A DNA stretch of 64,000 nucleotides from positions 1 through 64,000 of the forward strand of contig CAJNYD010000185.1 in the NCBI GenBank assembly GCA_905331295.1, given 5' to 3'. A program made the position numbers and the translations under genes. Positions 1-14,539 of the stretch are shown here, piece by piece (within the stretch, counting starts at the first letter, position 1; each line of letters starts with the position of its first letter). Under the pieces are notes generated by a model. That model made no database searches, was not told where the DNA came from, and saw only the letters and a program-made list of their open reading frames with translations. Source of the DNA: Rotaria socialis. Lineage: Eukaryota.

Positions 1-2074
1 GAAAGGCAGTCTCTACCTGTTGATTCAGATGAGTAGTAGTGTATATTTACCGATTAAAGTGGAGTCTCTGCTATTTGTTGATTATGACAGAAAATTTAAA
101 AATCGTTAATAGATATTTCTTTATTGGTATCGCTTGATTATAGGAAATCCTTCATCATAATTTTATATAAAATGTATCTAATATTTCGATGATCTTAAAA
201 GATTTGTTCATTATCGGAGTAATAAAATAAATTTAATGAGTTCTAAAAGAAAAACGAAATTCAAAACTTATTTTTTGACTATATTCTCATCCTAGTTACT
301 TCTCCAATAATAAGCAAGAAAAGCAAGAAAATAAAATACTTTCAGGAATCAAGAATGAAAGAAGAAAATAGAACGAACGTAGAGTGTTTTAGGCCATGAT
401 TCGAGTTCTTCCTGAATGGATCGGATTAAAGCAGCGATCAACTTAGATTATCTGCTCTCAGAGTAAATACTGATACGATTTACCAAATGCATATATTTCC
501 TTCCTTCAAGAATAGTAAATTCTTCGTATATGTGTATATCATTAGCTTATATCTATACTATGAAAAATACGACACTACGTGCATTTTTCACTGATAAATC
601 AAATGAACAGTAGTATTTGACAGAGTGGCTTCGAGTAAACGAACGTTTCACCACTCGTTAGGAATAATACTCTGTATCTATAGTTTGCAAAGATATAAAA
701 CAATATCATTAATCGTTCCGTTGTTGTAATGGTATTGTTCACAGTACACACAGTAACACAGAAAGAACGATGAAGGACATTGATCAATAAAGATGATAAA
801 CTAAGGTTAAATTTCACGTATAAACAATCAATTTCAGCCTATCTAGGGAAGTAGAGTAGTATCCAATGGACTCCATCGGAAACGTTATAGTTCAGTAGTC
901 TTAACAACATAGATATTTTGCTTTAGAAATGAGTAAAATTCTCACATAAAATATATTATTATGTTGTATTTTTTTGCAAAACATTATCAATATTGAAGTA
1001 GAAATAATGATATTGTCGGATGTTCTAAATGACACCGGTCATTTTTCATCCACGCAATACGAAGTTCATTTGAAAAGTGAAATATTTATATGATTACAAG
1101 TAACACTTGCCCATGGGCTCGCTCAGCTCTTTCTCGTAGAGATAGTGCATTTTGAAGCTTAGCTTTTGCAGAATTTTGCTCAAAGGAAACTTATGAAAAG
1201 AAAAATGAAACGGTATTATGAGCGAGATTAACACATAATTTTCAATAAAGTCAAAAAACACTGTTTTCATGGAAATCTGTGCTGTAAAGAGTCGCTCTCT
1301 GGCTCACCTACTTGAATTTAACTAAGAAAGTTTTATCATCTTGAATGGTAAGCTAGGAATATATTTGATTTTTATCAAACTTTTATTATTGACTTTATAA
1401 AAATTTCATGGTGGACAAACTATGAGTCATCGAACTTTAATTTTCAAGCTTGTATTCAGACGTTGCAGACATAATATCTTTAAGTGACTCTCATGTAATT
1501 TTTCAAATCGTTTTTCTGGTTCAGTATCTCGTATGAGGTGGCACATTACAGTCTTCCCCTACAAAGAGGTACCTGAGATGTTATCGTTTAGCAATAATTT
1601 CATATTTGGATCGCTTGTAAGGATAAAATCTAATTCAAACGGTATTCTTATTTATAGGTTTCAAAACGACAGAATAGATTTCTCATGAACCTTTGGTTTA
1701 TTAAAAGATTTTTAGTAATTGAATCTAAATAAAAAGTCATCCAACAATCCACATCCATCTATACACAATAGCTAATACGTTGGATACACTTATCACTACA
1801 GAAAGACATGGAAAATAGCATTGTTGAATTCTTATGCCAAAACTTGTATTACGTGTTTATTATTTATCAAACATAGTCACCCATTTCAGTAGAGGATTAG
1901 CGACGCTTACGTCGCGTTACTTGTGATTTGGATACCGAGCAAAAAAAATCACTTTTTCATTCAATTTCATTTATATTTGATAAAAACGTAGATAATATGC
2001 AAGTTACGATGATATTTTATTCCTAAGGTAACATATCAGCTATATTCTTTTTTTTGTCGAAAAAAATAAAAAAA

Positions 2075-2146
2075 TGACCCCGACGTGACTTGAACACGCA
2101 ACCTTCTGATCTGGAGTCAGACGCGCTACCGTTGCGCCACGGAGTC
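2075..2146 (-). tRNA. trnW-CCA: tRNA-Trp (anticodon CCA), 72 nt, intronless
   Basis: The reverse complement is GACTCCGTGGCGCAACGGTAGCGCGTCTGACTCCAGATCAGAAGGTTGCGTGTTCAAGTCACGTCGGGGTCA. It shows an acceptor stem, an A-box, the anticodon loop CT-CCA-GA and a GTTCAAG T-loop. T-runs immediately downstream (A-runs at 2060-2074 on +) fit a Pol III terminator. Confidence 0.97.
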
Positions 2147-2734
2147 GACATCAGTGATAGAACAGAAAAGAAACTAGTTGTTCCTATGTCGAAAAAACGC
2201 AATACAAAGCGTTCTATCCAATAAGTTATTTTCTTTAGTTTTACATCCGATCTATATGAGATAGATATGGATGTGTTAGTAGTATATCGAACAGTGACCG
2301 TTCATTTTTATCTTAGTTCAACTACGATGAAGACCAGAAGAAGAAGAAGAAAGAAAAAAGAAAAATTGTTTCTTTCCTCGCATATAAGCTAAGCTGGCTC
2401 GTTCGTTCTTGTTCTCTTTTCTTTTCTCTTCTCTTCGTCGTCATTCGAAATCGACTGTGCCCCCTACCGCAGCCGCTACAACTAACGCGGTTGTTCGCCT
2501 CAAACAGAAAAGAGTTGTGTGCATTGGTTGGTTGATTGGTTGGTCGAGGAAGAAGATGGAATAGAACGAACAAACGATGTGATCAGAATATATGGCCGTT
2601 GTCAGTGTTCCTTTTTTTCTTTCTTTTTGCCCTCGTCGTGTCTGCGATAGGCGTATACAATAGAGCTTGTTTTTTTTCTCTTTCTTTTACAGATCTGAAC
2701 TCTTATTTACAGATAGATGCGCATTTATTGAAAA

Positions 2735-5700
2735 ATGGATTTAGAACAACCTGGACATGTTACTACAAATGGTCATGCGACTGTTGGTGATGATGAACTT
2801 CATCGATCAACAGAAGAATCGACTAACGATAAACAAAATGGAGATGCAGTACGTAAATAAAATTTTATCATTGTTTTTATTTATATTTACTTGTTTACCT
2901 TTTTTTTCTTTTTCTTTGTGATAGATGACTGATATAGGCGATGTTGTTGACGGTCGAGAAATTCAACTTCTCGAAACTCCTGAAGATATTCAAGCAAGAC
3001 GTGAACAAGTTCTTGCACGTTTTGCACATTTTAAAGAGGCAGCTAAATATCGTCGGGATAAACTTGAAGATTCACGAGAATATCAATATTTTAAACGTGA
3101 TGCTGATGAACTTGAAACATGGATCAATGAAAAAATACAATTATGTTCACAAGACGATACATATCGCGATACAACAAGTGTTCAAGTAAATAAAAAAATC
3201 GAAGAGAGAAAAAGAAATCTATGATGAATAATATCTTCATATTTAGGTAAAAATACAAAAACATGAAGCATTTGAAGAAGAAGTCACAGCCCATTACAAT
3301 GCGGTAGTACGACTCGATGAAGAAGGTGCAGCAAAAATTTTTCGTGATCATTTTGCATCAGCTGCTATTCAGGTTAATATACAAAACGCTACTTTTATTT
3401 CTTTTATAATGTTTTTATTTCTTCTTCTTTCTAGGGACGTCTTGATGAAATTCATCGTTTGTGGGATTTACTTTTAAAACGTTTACAAGAAAAATCTGCT
3501 CGTCTTCAATTAGCACGCAAATTAGAACAATTCTTTCGTGATTGTGATGAATTTATATTTTGGATGCGTGATAAAGTAAAGTCTTTTTTTGGCTTGAAAA
3601 AAAGAAAAGACATTCGTATATTTTTATTTCTTTAGGAAACATTTGTTTTATCGGATGATTTTGGTAAAGATTTGCAAAGTGTTCAAAATCTTCAACGTAA
3701 ACATGATAACGTTGAACGAGATATCTCTGTTTTACAAGAGAAAGTTGAGAATTTACGTAAAGATGGCGCACGTATTCAAGAAGATGTACCCGAAGGTGCT
3801 GATCAAATTGATAAACGTCTAAATGATATGATCCAAGCATGGGACGATTTACGTGCTAAAGTAAATTGAATAAAAATAAATAAATAAACTTATCTTCAAT
3901 GTTTGTTTTTAGTCCGATGAACGAAAAACTGTTTTGAATGAATCATTTCGTTTACATCGTTTTTTATCTGAATTTCGTGATTTAATGTCATGGGCATTAG
4001 ATATGGAAGCTCAATTATCATCTGATGAATTAGCTAAAGATGTATCAGGTGCTGAGGCTTTAGTTGAACGCCATTCAGAATTCAAAGGTGAAATCGATGC
4101 ACGTAAAGATAGTTTTGCTAATGTACAACGTATTGGCAATGAATTAATTGAACAAGATCATTATGCTAAAAGTGAAATTGAATTTAAATTACAAGAATTA
4201 CTTGATCAACAAAGAAAATTAGATCATTTATGGTCACAACGTTTAATGCTATTACAAGATTGTATGCATTTACAATTGTTTTTACGTGATATTGATCAAG
4301 CGTTGACATGGATACAAAAACAAGATCAATATTTAGTACAAAATATTAATGATATTGATTCATGTCAAACGTTAGATGATTGTGAAGGTCTAATTAAAAA
4401 ATATGATGATTTCGAAAAATTACTTCAGGCGCAAGAAGAAAAAGGTAAATAAAAATATTCTTTATGTAAGGCCAAATGATGATTGTCCTAGTTTCAATGC
4501 GTCTGGATACTAGGCCATTGTTTCCACAGGGTATCCTCATAAACTATCCTTTGAGTAGTTTCTTCTGAACAGAGAAACATTCATTTATCTGCATACGATA
4601 AACTCGAAATATGTTCGTCATTTACACTTTTGTTTTTTGTTTTGTTTTAGGCAAAGCTTTAGATGAGTTTGGCCGTGATCTTCTTAATGCAGGACATTAT
4701 GATTCTGATTTAATTCAAGAAAAACTTGATTTACTTTATCAATCTCGTATTAGTTTATTAGAAAAAATTAATACAAAACGTCGTTCATTACAAAATACAC
4801 TTAATTATTTTACGTTTGAACGTGACTGTGACGAGTTAAAATTGTGGGCAAAAGAAAAATTAAAAATGGCATTAACTCGTGATTATTTAGATACAGCTAA
4901 TATTAATATTAAATGTCAAAAACATCAACAATTTTTAAATGAATTGGCTGCATATCAACCCAAAATGGATTCTGTTATATTAACAGGGCAAAAGTTAATC
5001 GATGAACAACATGGACAAACACAAAATATAAATCAACATTTAACCGAATTGGAAGATATATTAAATAAATTAGTTGAAGCAGCTAATGAAAAATCCGATC
5101 GTCTAAAAGAAGCTACTGATGGACAGGCATTTACACGTGGCTTAGAAGAAATCGATATGTGGATTAATGATGTTGAAAATACTTTAACCAATGATGATTT
5201 TGGTAAAGATATGACATCAGTACAAAATTTTCAAAAGAAACAACAATTACTGGAAAATGAATTTTCATTAAAGAAAGATCGTATTGATCAATTATCAAAA
5301 GATGCTGAACATTTTCAACAAATTGGTCATTTCGATTCGAACAATATCTTGAAAAAACAAATACAACTTGTGACACGCTTTCAATCATTATTAGATCCAT
5401 TGAAACAAAAGAAAGAAAAATTAGATGCATCAGCAGAATTTCAACGTTTATTACATAATATTGAAGTTGAAGAAGCTTGGATTCGGTAAATAGATTTTTG
5501 AAGAAATCAATTCACGAAGCTTTCTGTGTTTTGTTTTTGAAATATTCTAGAGAAAAAGAACCAAGTATCATGTCAACAAATCGTGGTCGAGATTTAATTG
5601 GTGTTCAAAATTTATTAAGAAAACATCAAGCTTTAATGGGAGAATTACAGAATCATGAATCACAAATTCGTACAGTTTGTAATGAAGGAGAAGATATGAT

Positions 5701-8700
5701 AAATCAAGGTAGAACCTATTTTTAATTATGAATTCTTAGTTTTAGTGAGTAATTGTGTATTTATTAGGTCATTTTTCATCGGCTGAAATTAAAAAACATA
5801 TTGTTAATTTACAAACGAAATGGCAAAACTTGAAAGAAGTATCCGTACAAAGAAAACATGATTTAGAAGATTCATTACAAGCACAACAATACTTTAGTGA
5901 TGCTAAAGAAGTTGAATCATGGATTCAGTAAGTCAATATTGAAATGTAAAGTATCGAAGTTGTCCCACAACAGATGAAATTTCTACGAGAAAAAATAGAT
6001 AAGATTCCTCTGATTGTACTATCGAATGCAATACGATACAATCGTTTATGTAGGAATTCATTGATAGCTGTTCAATACTACCGTATAGAAAAATCCTTAG
6101 CATTTATTCAGAAATTCTGTTACGTATGATCGTATATACTGTGTTGAAATTCCCAGTAGTGATATTTTTTTGATTTTTCTAGTGAAAAAGAGCCCGTCGC
6201 ACAATCAACTGATTATGGCCGTGATGAAGATTCATGCAATGCATTATATAAAAAACATCAACAATTATTCAATGACATTAAAGATTTTGAACAAACTGAA
6301 TTAGAAGAACTTCGCCAAAAAGCTCAAAAATGTCATCAACCAGAAAAAGCACTTGTTGCCGAAGATGTCTTAACAGGTCAACGACAAAAAGTTCTCGGTC
6401 TTTATGATTATGTTGAAAAAACACCACGAGAGATTTCAATGAAAAAAAACGATACGCTTATATTACTTAATTCATCGAATAAAGATTGGTGGAAAGTTGA
6501 ATTAAATGACCGACAAGGTTTCGTACCAGCAACATATTTAAAGAAAATTGAAAAGGATCCAATGTCAGTTAATGAACAAGACCGTCTTGATGAATATACA
6601 GTTAGTTCAAGACAGCAACAAATTGAAAAACAATATGCTAACTTATTGAATATTTGTCAACAACGATTAGATAAACTTGGTAAGATATTTTCAATATAAA
6701 TTGTAGATGACATCGATACGAAACAAAAGAATTTTGTTTTGCTACTTGTCGGGTTTCGTATGTAAATAGAATCCCAAGCGTTAAGATAATGATTGCACTT
6801 TAGAGAGTTCTTTTGTTATGTGTAACTGAGGATTATGGTTTTAGTGACCTGGTACGGAGCTGTTTGCTTGAAAATGATACTTTAAGGACTAAATCCAAAA
6901 CTTGTGATGAACAAGATAGAGACAGTTACTTCTAAAGTTTTCAGGCAAACTTTTGTCAATTCGATATGGTCATATATGAGAATTATTTGTTTTAGCTGAA
7001 TCATCGGATGCGTATAAATTAATGCGTGAAGCTGCTGATCTTGTCGTATGGATCAATGATAAAGAACGCATTGCATCTGAAGAGTCTCTTGGTAAAGGAC
7101 CTGATGATGTCGAAGAACTTCAACGTCGTTTTGATGAATTTCAAAAAGAATTACGTACAAATGAATTACGTCTCGTTCGTCTTAATTCGATTGCTGAAAA
7201 ACTTCTTCAATTGGGCCGTACAGATGCTGCACTTAAAATTCAAGTCGATATCAATAATTTGAATCGTAAATGGGACGATTTGAAAAAGAATGCTGAAGAA
7301 CGCGAACAACAATTATTATCAGCATATGAAGTTCAACGATTCACACGCGATGCTGAAGAAGCACAAGATTGGATCAGTGAAAAATTCGAACAACTCGATC
7401 CAGATGAACTTGGACAAGATTTACGTAGTGTTAAACGTTTACAAAAGAAACATGAAGCATATGAACGTGATCTTAATGCACTTGGCGATAAAATCCGTGA
7501 ACTTGGTTTGTTGAAAAAAAAACATTGCTCTTTTTTAATCATTATTTGTATTTTTAGATGATCTTACAAAACGTTTGATTACTTCACATCCCGAACAAGC
7601 TGATGTTATTATTCAAAAGCAACAAGTTATTCAAAATCAATGGACTGATTTAACATCAAAAGCTGATTTACATAAAGTATGAATTTGTTTTGTTGCTAGA
7701 AGCTTGTTTTGATACAATATTTGTCGGTTTCGATTTTAGGCAAAATTATTAGATGATTATGATTATCAAAAGTTTTTAACTGACTTCCGCGATTTAGCTG
7801 CTATTATTAAATCAATTATTCAACAAATATCATCGGATGAACTTGCACGTGATGTCCCAGGCGCTGAAGCTTTACTTGAACGTCATCATGAACATCGTTC
7901 TGAAATCGATGCACGTTCAGGTGCATTTCAAGCATTTGAAGATTTCGGTAATGATCTTATCAATGCTGAACATTTTGCTGGTGAAGATATTAAACAAAGA
8001 TTATTGGAAATGGATGAAATTCGACAACATCTTGAAACGTAAGTTTTACATCTTTGATAATTCGAAATAAGAAAGAAACAAAAAATTCCATTTTAGTGCT
8101 TGGAAAGAACGACAAGATAAATTAGATGAATGTCTTGGTATGAAAAAAAATATCTATCAGAATGAAAAGATCGTATGTTTTGCTTTTTCTTTAATTTTTA
8201 GAACTTCAATTGTTTTATCGTGATTGTGATACAGCTGAAACATGGATGGAAAGTCGAGAAAAAGCTTTAAAAGATGAAGCCGTCGAAGTTGTTGAAGCAG
8301 CTATTAAACGACATGAAGATTTCGATAAAGCTATCAAAGCTCAAGTAAGTTTTATAATATAATGAAAATGTGTGGCGGTAAATCGTCCCTTATGAAATCA
8401 TTTGTCACCAGTGTGAAGCAATAAACAGATGAGATCATACCATTGACGTATATTTTAGGAAGATAAAATCAACAACTTGAAACAGTTTGCAAATCAATTA
8501 GTATCTCAAGATCATTATGAGAAAGCTGGCATTGATGATCGTCTACAAGGTGTACTTGATCGTTGGACTCGTCTTCGTCAAGCCATGATGGAATATCGTT
8601 CACGTCTTGGCGAATCTCAAACATTACAAGACTTTTCAAGAGATGCTGAAGAAATTGAAGCTTGGATTGCCGATAAATTAGCTGCTGCTTCTGATGAACC

Positions 8701-11700
8701 CGTCAAAGAAACACAAAATTTACAGGTAAGAAGAGAAAGTAAACAGTTCTAATTGATTCAAGAGTTTGGTGGTAGACCAAAATAGAATGAATAAAGATCT
8801 AAACTTGGAAAAACATCTGTAAATAAATAAATATATATATATACCTAGGCTAAAAAAATACAAGTAAGTCTCCTGTTTGTATTTGTCTGTGATATTGAAT
8901 TGGATGAGAATTACTCGCAGAGTTATTTGCCATTTTGGATGAGCGTGCATTTCGTGTGTGCTAGTGCATTTTTTAGCATGATGCAACAATCTTGCATGAA
9001 ATCATACATTACTATCTTTTTATTAATAGTAAGATCATGATGGATTTGCTTCGTTTTATTTAGAGTAAGAGTCAAAAACATCAAGCTTTTGTTGCTGAAT
9101 TAGCAGCTAATACTGATCGTATTCAATCGATTATTGGCATGGGCAAAGGTACGGAAACGTTTTTGAAGAGAAATTTGTATTTTATTTGTTTTGGCATTTT
9201 GAAAAGGTCTTATTGATTCACGTAAATGTGCTGGTCTTGAAACAACTGTTGATAATCGTTTACAACAAATCATTGAACAATGGGAATTTCTTGTACAAAA
9301 ATCATCCGACAAGAGTTTGAAATTAAAAGAAGCATCACGACAACAGACATTTAATGCTGGTGTTAAAGATGTTGAATTTTGGCTTGGCGAAGTATGTTAT
9401 GAGATTTGTTTTTGGATCGATCACAATCGTTTTCCCGCTTTGTTTAGATTGAAAATCAATTGGTGAATGATGATGTTGGCCGAGACTTGACATCCGTACA
9501 AAATATGCTCAAAAAACAACAATTACTTGAAAATGATATTACTAATCATGAGGTACTTTATAGAATTTGGAAATAGGCCCCTGAATTTTTCCTATTGACA
9601 TTGTCCTGTTGGGTATCTATGAGAGAGTTATGCTAAGGAAAATGAGTAAGGTGTATGAAACCTCTATGGTGACAAATTCATGACAGATCACAACTTCTAG
9701 ACAACATTTTCACGAGTATGCCAATTCGAGAAAGAAGTTCTCTTAATTAAATTTTACAAACCTAACACTCATCGTTGCTTGAACTCCCAACACACAATAT
9801 ATATATATATATATATAATTGTGTTCGTTTTTCTTTTCAGAGTGCTATTATTGAATTAAACAAAACTGCTGATGAATTTATTGAAAACAATATGTTCGAT
9901 GTTGATAATATCAAAGAAACACGAAATTCAATCAATGATCGTTTTGAAAAGTTCGTTTTCAATGAAAAATTTCAATAGTTGAATTAATATTTTTCTATTC
10001 AGAGTTCGCAATCAAAGTGATGGTCGACGTCAACGTTTACAAGAAGCATCAACTGTTCATCAATTTATTCGTGATCTTGAAGATGAAGAAGCTCAACTAA
10101 AGTATGATCCATCGTTATCACCACGATTTATTTAATTTTGCTCTTATTTTTCTAGAGAAAAGAAATTACTCGTTACCAGTGATGACTATGGTCGTGATTT
10201 CAATCAAAGTCAAAATTTACGTCGTAAACATAAACGCTTTGAAGTCGATCTTGGATCTCATCAACCAAATGTACAAAATCTTCAACAATTAGGCTCACAA
10301 TTAACTGATGAAGTTGGAAATCCTGATATTGAACGTAAATGTAAAGATTTACTCAACCATTGGGAAACATTAAAACAAGCAACAGATGATCGAACAAAGA
10401 AACTTGATGAATCATTAACATATCATAATTGGGCAACAAGTCTAGATGAAGAAAATGCTTGGATTAAAGAGCGTTTACATGTTATTAATAATCCTGATAT
10501 TGGTACAACTTTGGTTGCTGTACAAGCCTTACAAAAGAAACATGAATCGTTTGAAGCTGATTTTATTATACAAAAAGAACGTTGCCAAGAAATTTTACAA
10601 CAAGGACAAAAATTAATGGAACAAGTAAGATTAATATTTTTTTTTCTTCAAGAAATTAATGAATATGTTTTGCTTCGTAGGACAATCACTTGTCACCACA
10701 AATCAATGATCGAACCAATTACTTGCAAGATGCATTGAAACGTTTAGAAACTGATGCCAATCGACATAAATATCGTCTACTAGAAAATGCTTCACTTCTT
10801 CAATTTATGTGGAAAGCTGATGTTGTTGAAAGTTGGATCAGTAAGTGACTCTTTAGATCATATTGACAGGTGGATATTCATACTTATCATAAGTCGTCAG
10901 TTTGAGTTTTGTTATTCTTTTAAAATAACAAGCTTTGCTCTAGAGTTGAGTAGGAGGAGAAGAAGAAATTTACGCGAAGTACATCTAAAAAAACAATTGT
11001 GAATATTGTTTAACTCAGTTTTTCGGTTCAGCCGTTTTGAAGCGGATTTTAGAATAAGCAACAATCTAATCTATGAAGTATAGTTTGAGATAGCGTATTA
11101 TTAATGATCACTCAGCATTAAAATTTGATCACAGATTATTAACTACCACCACAATTCAGTTGACGAAAAAAAAAATCAATTATTTTGAATTCACTAGGGA
11201 AATTCTATAGCACTTTTCAAGTTCTTTAATGTATTTCGCCGACTATCGTGTAATTGTTTAACCTTGGAGAATAAGTTTTCTTTCAAGAGATGATTAGGAA
11301 TCCATATTCATGTTTGTTTCTCTGCATTTAAATGGTATTTTTTTTTTCATTGTATAGGTGAAAAACTTCATCAATTACGAACTGATGATTTGGGTCATAA
11401 TCTTTTATCCGTGCAAAATCTTCTTACACGTCATGAAACATTCGAAGCTGGATTAAATAATTTTGAACATGAAGGCATTCGTTCTGTGACTGACCTCAAA
11501 GAGGAATTAGTATCCACTAATCATGCTAATTCATCCAATGAACAACGCGAGAAAATCCAAGCGCGCTATGAACTTGTTTGGAACAAGTAAGAAACATAAT
11601 TTGATGAAACAATAATTTCAAAAACAAATTTTATTTTAGTTGGCAAAAGCTATTACAAACAAGTGGATTAAGACGTGAAAAATTGAAAAAAGCGGAAGAT

Positions 11701-13336
11701 CGTTTCCGTAATATTGAAGAATTATTCTTACGCTTTGCCAAAAAAGCATCAGCATTTAATTCATGGTTTGAAAACGCCGAAGAAGATCTTACCGATCCAG
11801 TTAAATGCAATTCATTAGAAGAAATTCGAGTATGTTTTGCTGATTAAAACTAAAATTTTTATTTATTTTTTCTTTTCAAAGGCTCTAATCGATGCTCACG
11901 ATCGATTTAAAACTGTACTTGAAGAAGCTCGTTATGACTTCGATGAACTTAAAGCATCCGACGATAGTATTAAATCATTGAATATGGCTGCTAATCCATA
12001 TACATGGTTTACCATGGAAACACTTTTTGATACATGGAAAAGTTTAGAAAAATTGATTCGAGTATGAAAATATTGACCTTAAAGGTTGTGAGTAAATTTT
12101 AAAAATTCCTCTTTAGGATCGTGATGGTGATCTTCAATTAGAGAAGAAACGTCAAGAAGAAAATGATAAATTAAGACAACATTTCGCTGAATATGCTAAT
12201 GCTTTCCACACATGGCTACGCGGCATTGAGTATGTATAATTGTAGATTAGTTTTTCAAAAATTAATTACTCATTGTTTTAGATCATCTATGATGAATGCT
12301 GATGGTAATCTTGAACAACAACTTCAAACAATTAAAGTAAAAAAATCATCTAGAAATTGATTCCATTTTGATTGAATTTTATTTTTTTTTATAGCAAAAA
12401 GTTGATGAACTTCGACAACAACGACAAAAACTGAAAAAACTTGAAGATCTTGCCACTGAACTTGAACGTCGACTTATTCTCGACAATCGTTATACAGAAT
12501 ATTCCGCACTAAATCTTGCTCAAGCCTATGATCAATTAGATCAATTGGGCATGCGTATGCAGCATAATTTAGAACAGCAACTAGCTGCAATGAAACATAG
12601 TGGTGTTAGTGAAGATCAAGTACGAGAATTTTCTATGATGTTTAAACACTTCGACAAAGAAAAATTGGGTCGACTTAATCATCAAGATTTCAAATCATGT
12701 TTACGAGCATTGGGATATGATTTGCCAACTGTTGATGATAACCAACGTGATGAACAATTCGAATCCATACTCGATGTTGTTGATCCAAACAGGTTTGCTG
12801 CTTTTTTTCTTTTTTCATAGAGACAACTTTCGAGGATAGCATTCTCAATAAGACTGCAGAGTAACTCGACACAAATTCATGATCAGAAAAACTCACGGAT
12901 CTAAATTTTTAAAACTAATTGTAATATAATTCATTCTATTTATTAATAGAAGTGGCACAGTAACATTACCAGACTACATGACATTCATGATCAGTCGAGA
13001 AACTGAAAATGTCTCATCGATTGATGATGTTGTTTTGGCATTTAAGAGTCTCACAGAAAATTCAGAACGACCATATATCACACGTGATGAACTCTTTGCT
13101 GTAAGTATTTTGGATGATTTAAAATAATAAATATAAAATTAATATACTTCAATTTATAGAATCTACCACAAGAACAAGCTAAATTCTGTTGTCGCAAGAT
13201 GAAAGCATACCGAGATCGTAACGGTCGTGAAATCAACAATGCATTTGACTATGATGATTTCACTCGTTGGCTATTCAATCAACAACCACATGCAACTTAC
13301 AGTTATCATACATCAGCTGTGCCGTCACCATCGTGA
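2735..13336 (+). CDS. SPTAN1: Spectrin alpha chain, about 31 exons, roughly 2380 aa (my estimate from summed exons)
   Basis: Exon 1 (2735-2848, MDLEQPG...) splices in frame to 2925. The N-terminus has the alpha-spectrin tetramerisation motif [15 protein letters not shown]. Tandem spectrin repeats follow, with an SH3 domain at ~6390-6550 ([46 protein letters not shown]). C-terminal EF-hands ([28 protein letters not shown]) precede the last exon [10 protein letters not shown]...PSPS*, with TGA at 13334-13336. Confidence 0.96.
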
Positions 13337-14539
13337 TTATAGACACAAATGCTAGTTAATTTTGTCAAGAGAGAGATCATTTTAACACAGTCTCCATATA
13401 TATATATATTTGTGTGTGTGTGTGTGCATTTTTGTTTGTGGTTAATTGGCTTTTGTTGCTCATTTTGCTTATTCTGTATACTATTTTACTCAAAATCTTA
13501 TCGTTTTTTTTCACATTTTGTTTGCTTATTATTAGAATGAACAAGAAAAAAAACCAATTGGTTGTACGTGTGTGTGCGTGCGTGTGTAATGAATTGGGAA
13601 AGAAAACATAATTTAGATTTAGTGTTTTTTTTTCACGGTATTTAATACATTATTTGTGCAATAAGATTTAAATCTGATCAGACAACACAAGTCAAGGATA
13701 ACATCTCATCGGAATCAAGAGAAATCTAAAACAAAATATTAATAGATATCTTGTTTCTATTGACAGAGTATCCGGTGGTGAAAAAGAAGTGTGAAAACAA
13801 TTAGTATTTGTATCTTGCTATCGACGGTATTGCCTTGATCATCATAGAAATTTATTAGTGTGTGGCTTCCATATGTAAATATATTCAGTACGGAAGCAAT
13901 CAAGTTGACTGAATCGAAATTTTTAATTTAATTTCTGCAGAATGCGTGCTTGAAGAATTTGATCTTGGAAATTCTCAGAGGGAAAATCTAGCTTTTTTCT
14001 ACATAGTGGAATTTGGTGACATCTGTTGATTGCATCTAGAGCGGTTCAGACACTTGTTTGAGCTATGGCAACATCAGTGCTCATGGTACCAACGGAACCA
14101 ATCGATATACATAAATCTCTATGATTCTTTGCGTGAATAAACGATTTGTCATCAGGAATGCTATATAAGTATATGATTCATTTCATGGTCGATTTTTATA
14201 TTCGATCGGAAAACTTACGGTGTGTAATCAAAATAATATTGTTCCATCGCACTAAATGTCTTTTTGCTTCTTCGAACAAGATAAATGAAAAGAGATACCT
14301 GAGATCACATGAGTAGTGACCGTATCTAGTGACTTCAAGGTAAGGCTCATAGTAAGATGTATGTATGTATATATATATATGCACAAATGCAAAGCTTCCT
14401 AGACATAGTTGACTAATTCTCCAAATTTGATTTAGTTATTTGTTTTTGCACATTTTATAAAGCGATTATATTCAAGGATATTTTCCATTTTAAGCATAGA
14501 AAGACGAACCAAAGAAATAAACGAATATTTTAGATAATC

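Noticed and set aside
2075..2146. Functional link between tRNA-Trp and the tRNA-repair ligase
   Set aside because: They are more than 41 kb apart with unrelated genes between them, and nothing in the sequence links them.
5960..6161. Possible CACTA-like MITE in a spectrin intron (right end AATTCCCAGTAGTG)
   Set aside because: The matching left end is too degenerate and I found no target-site duplication.
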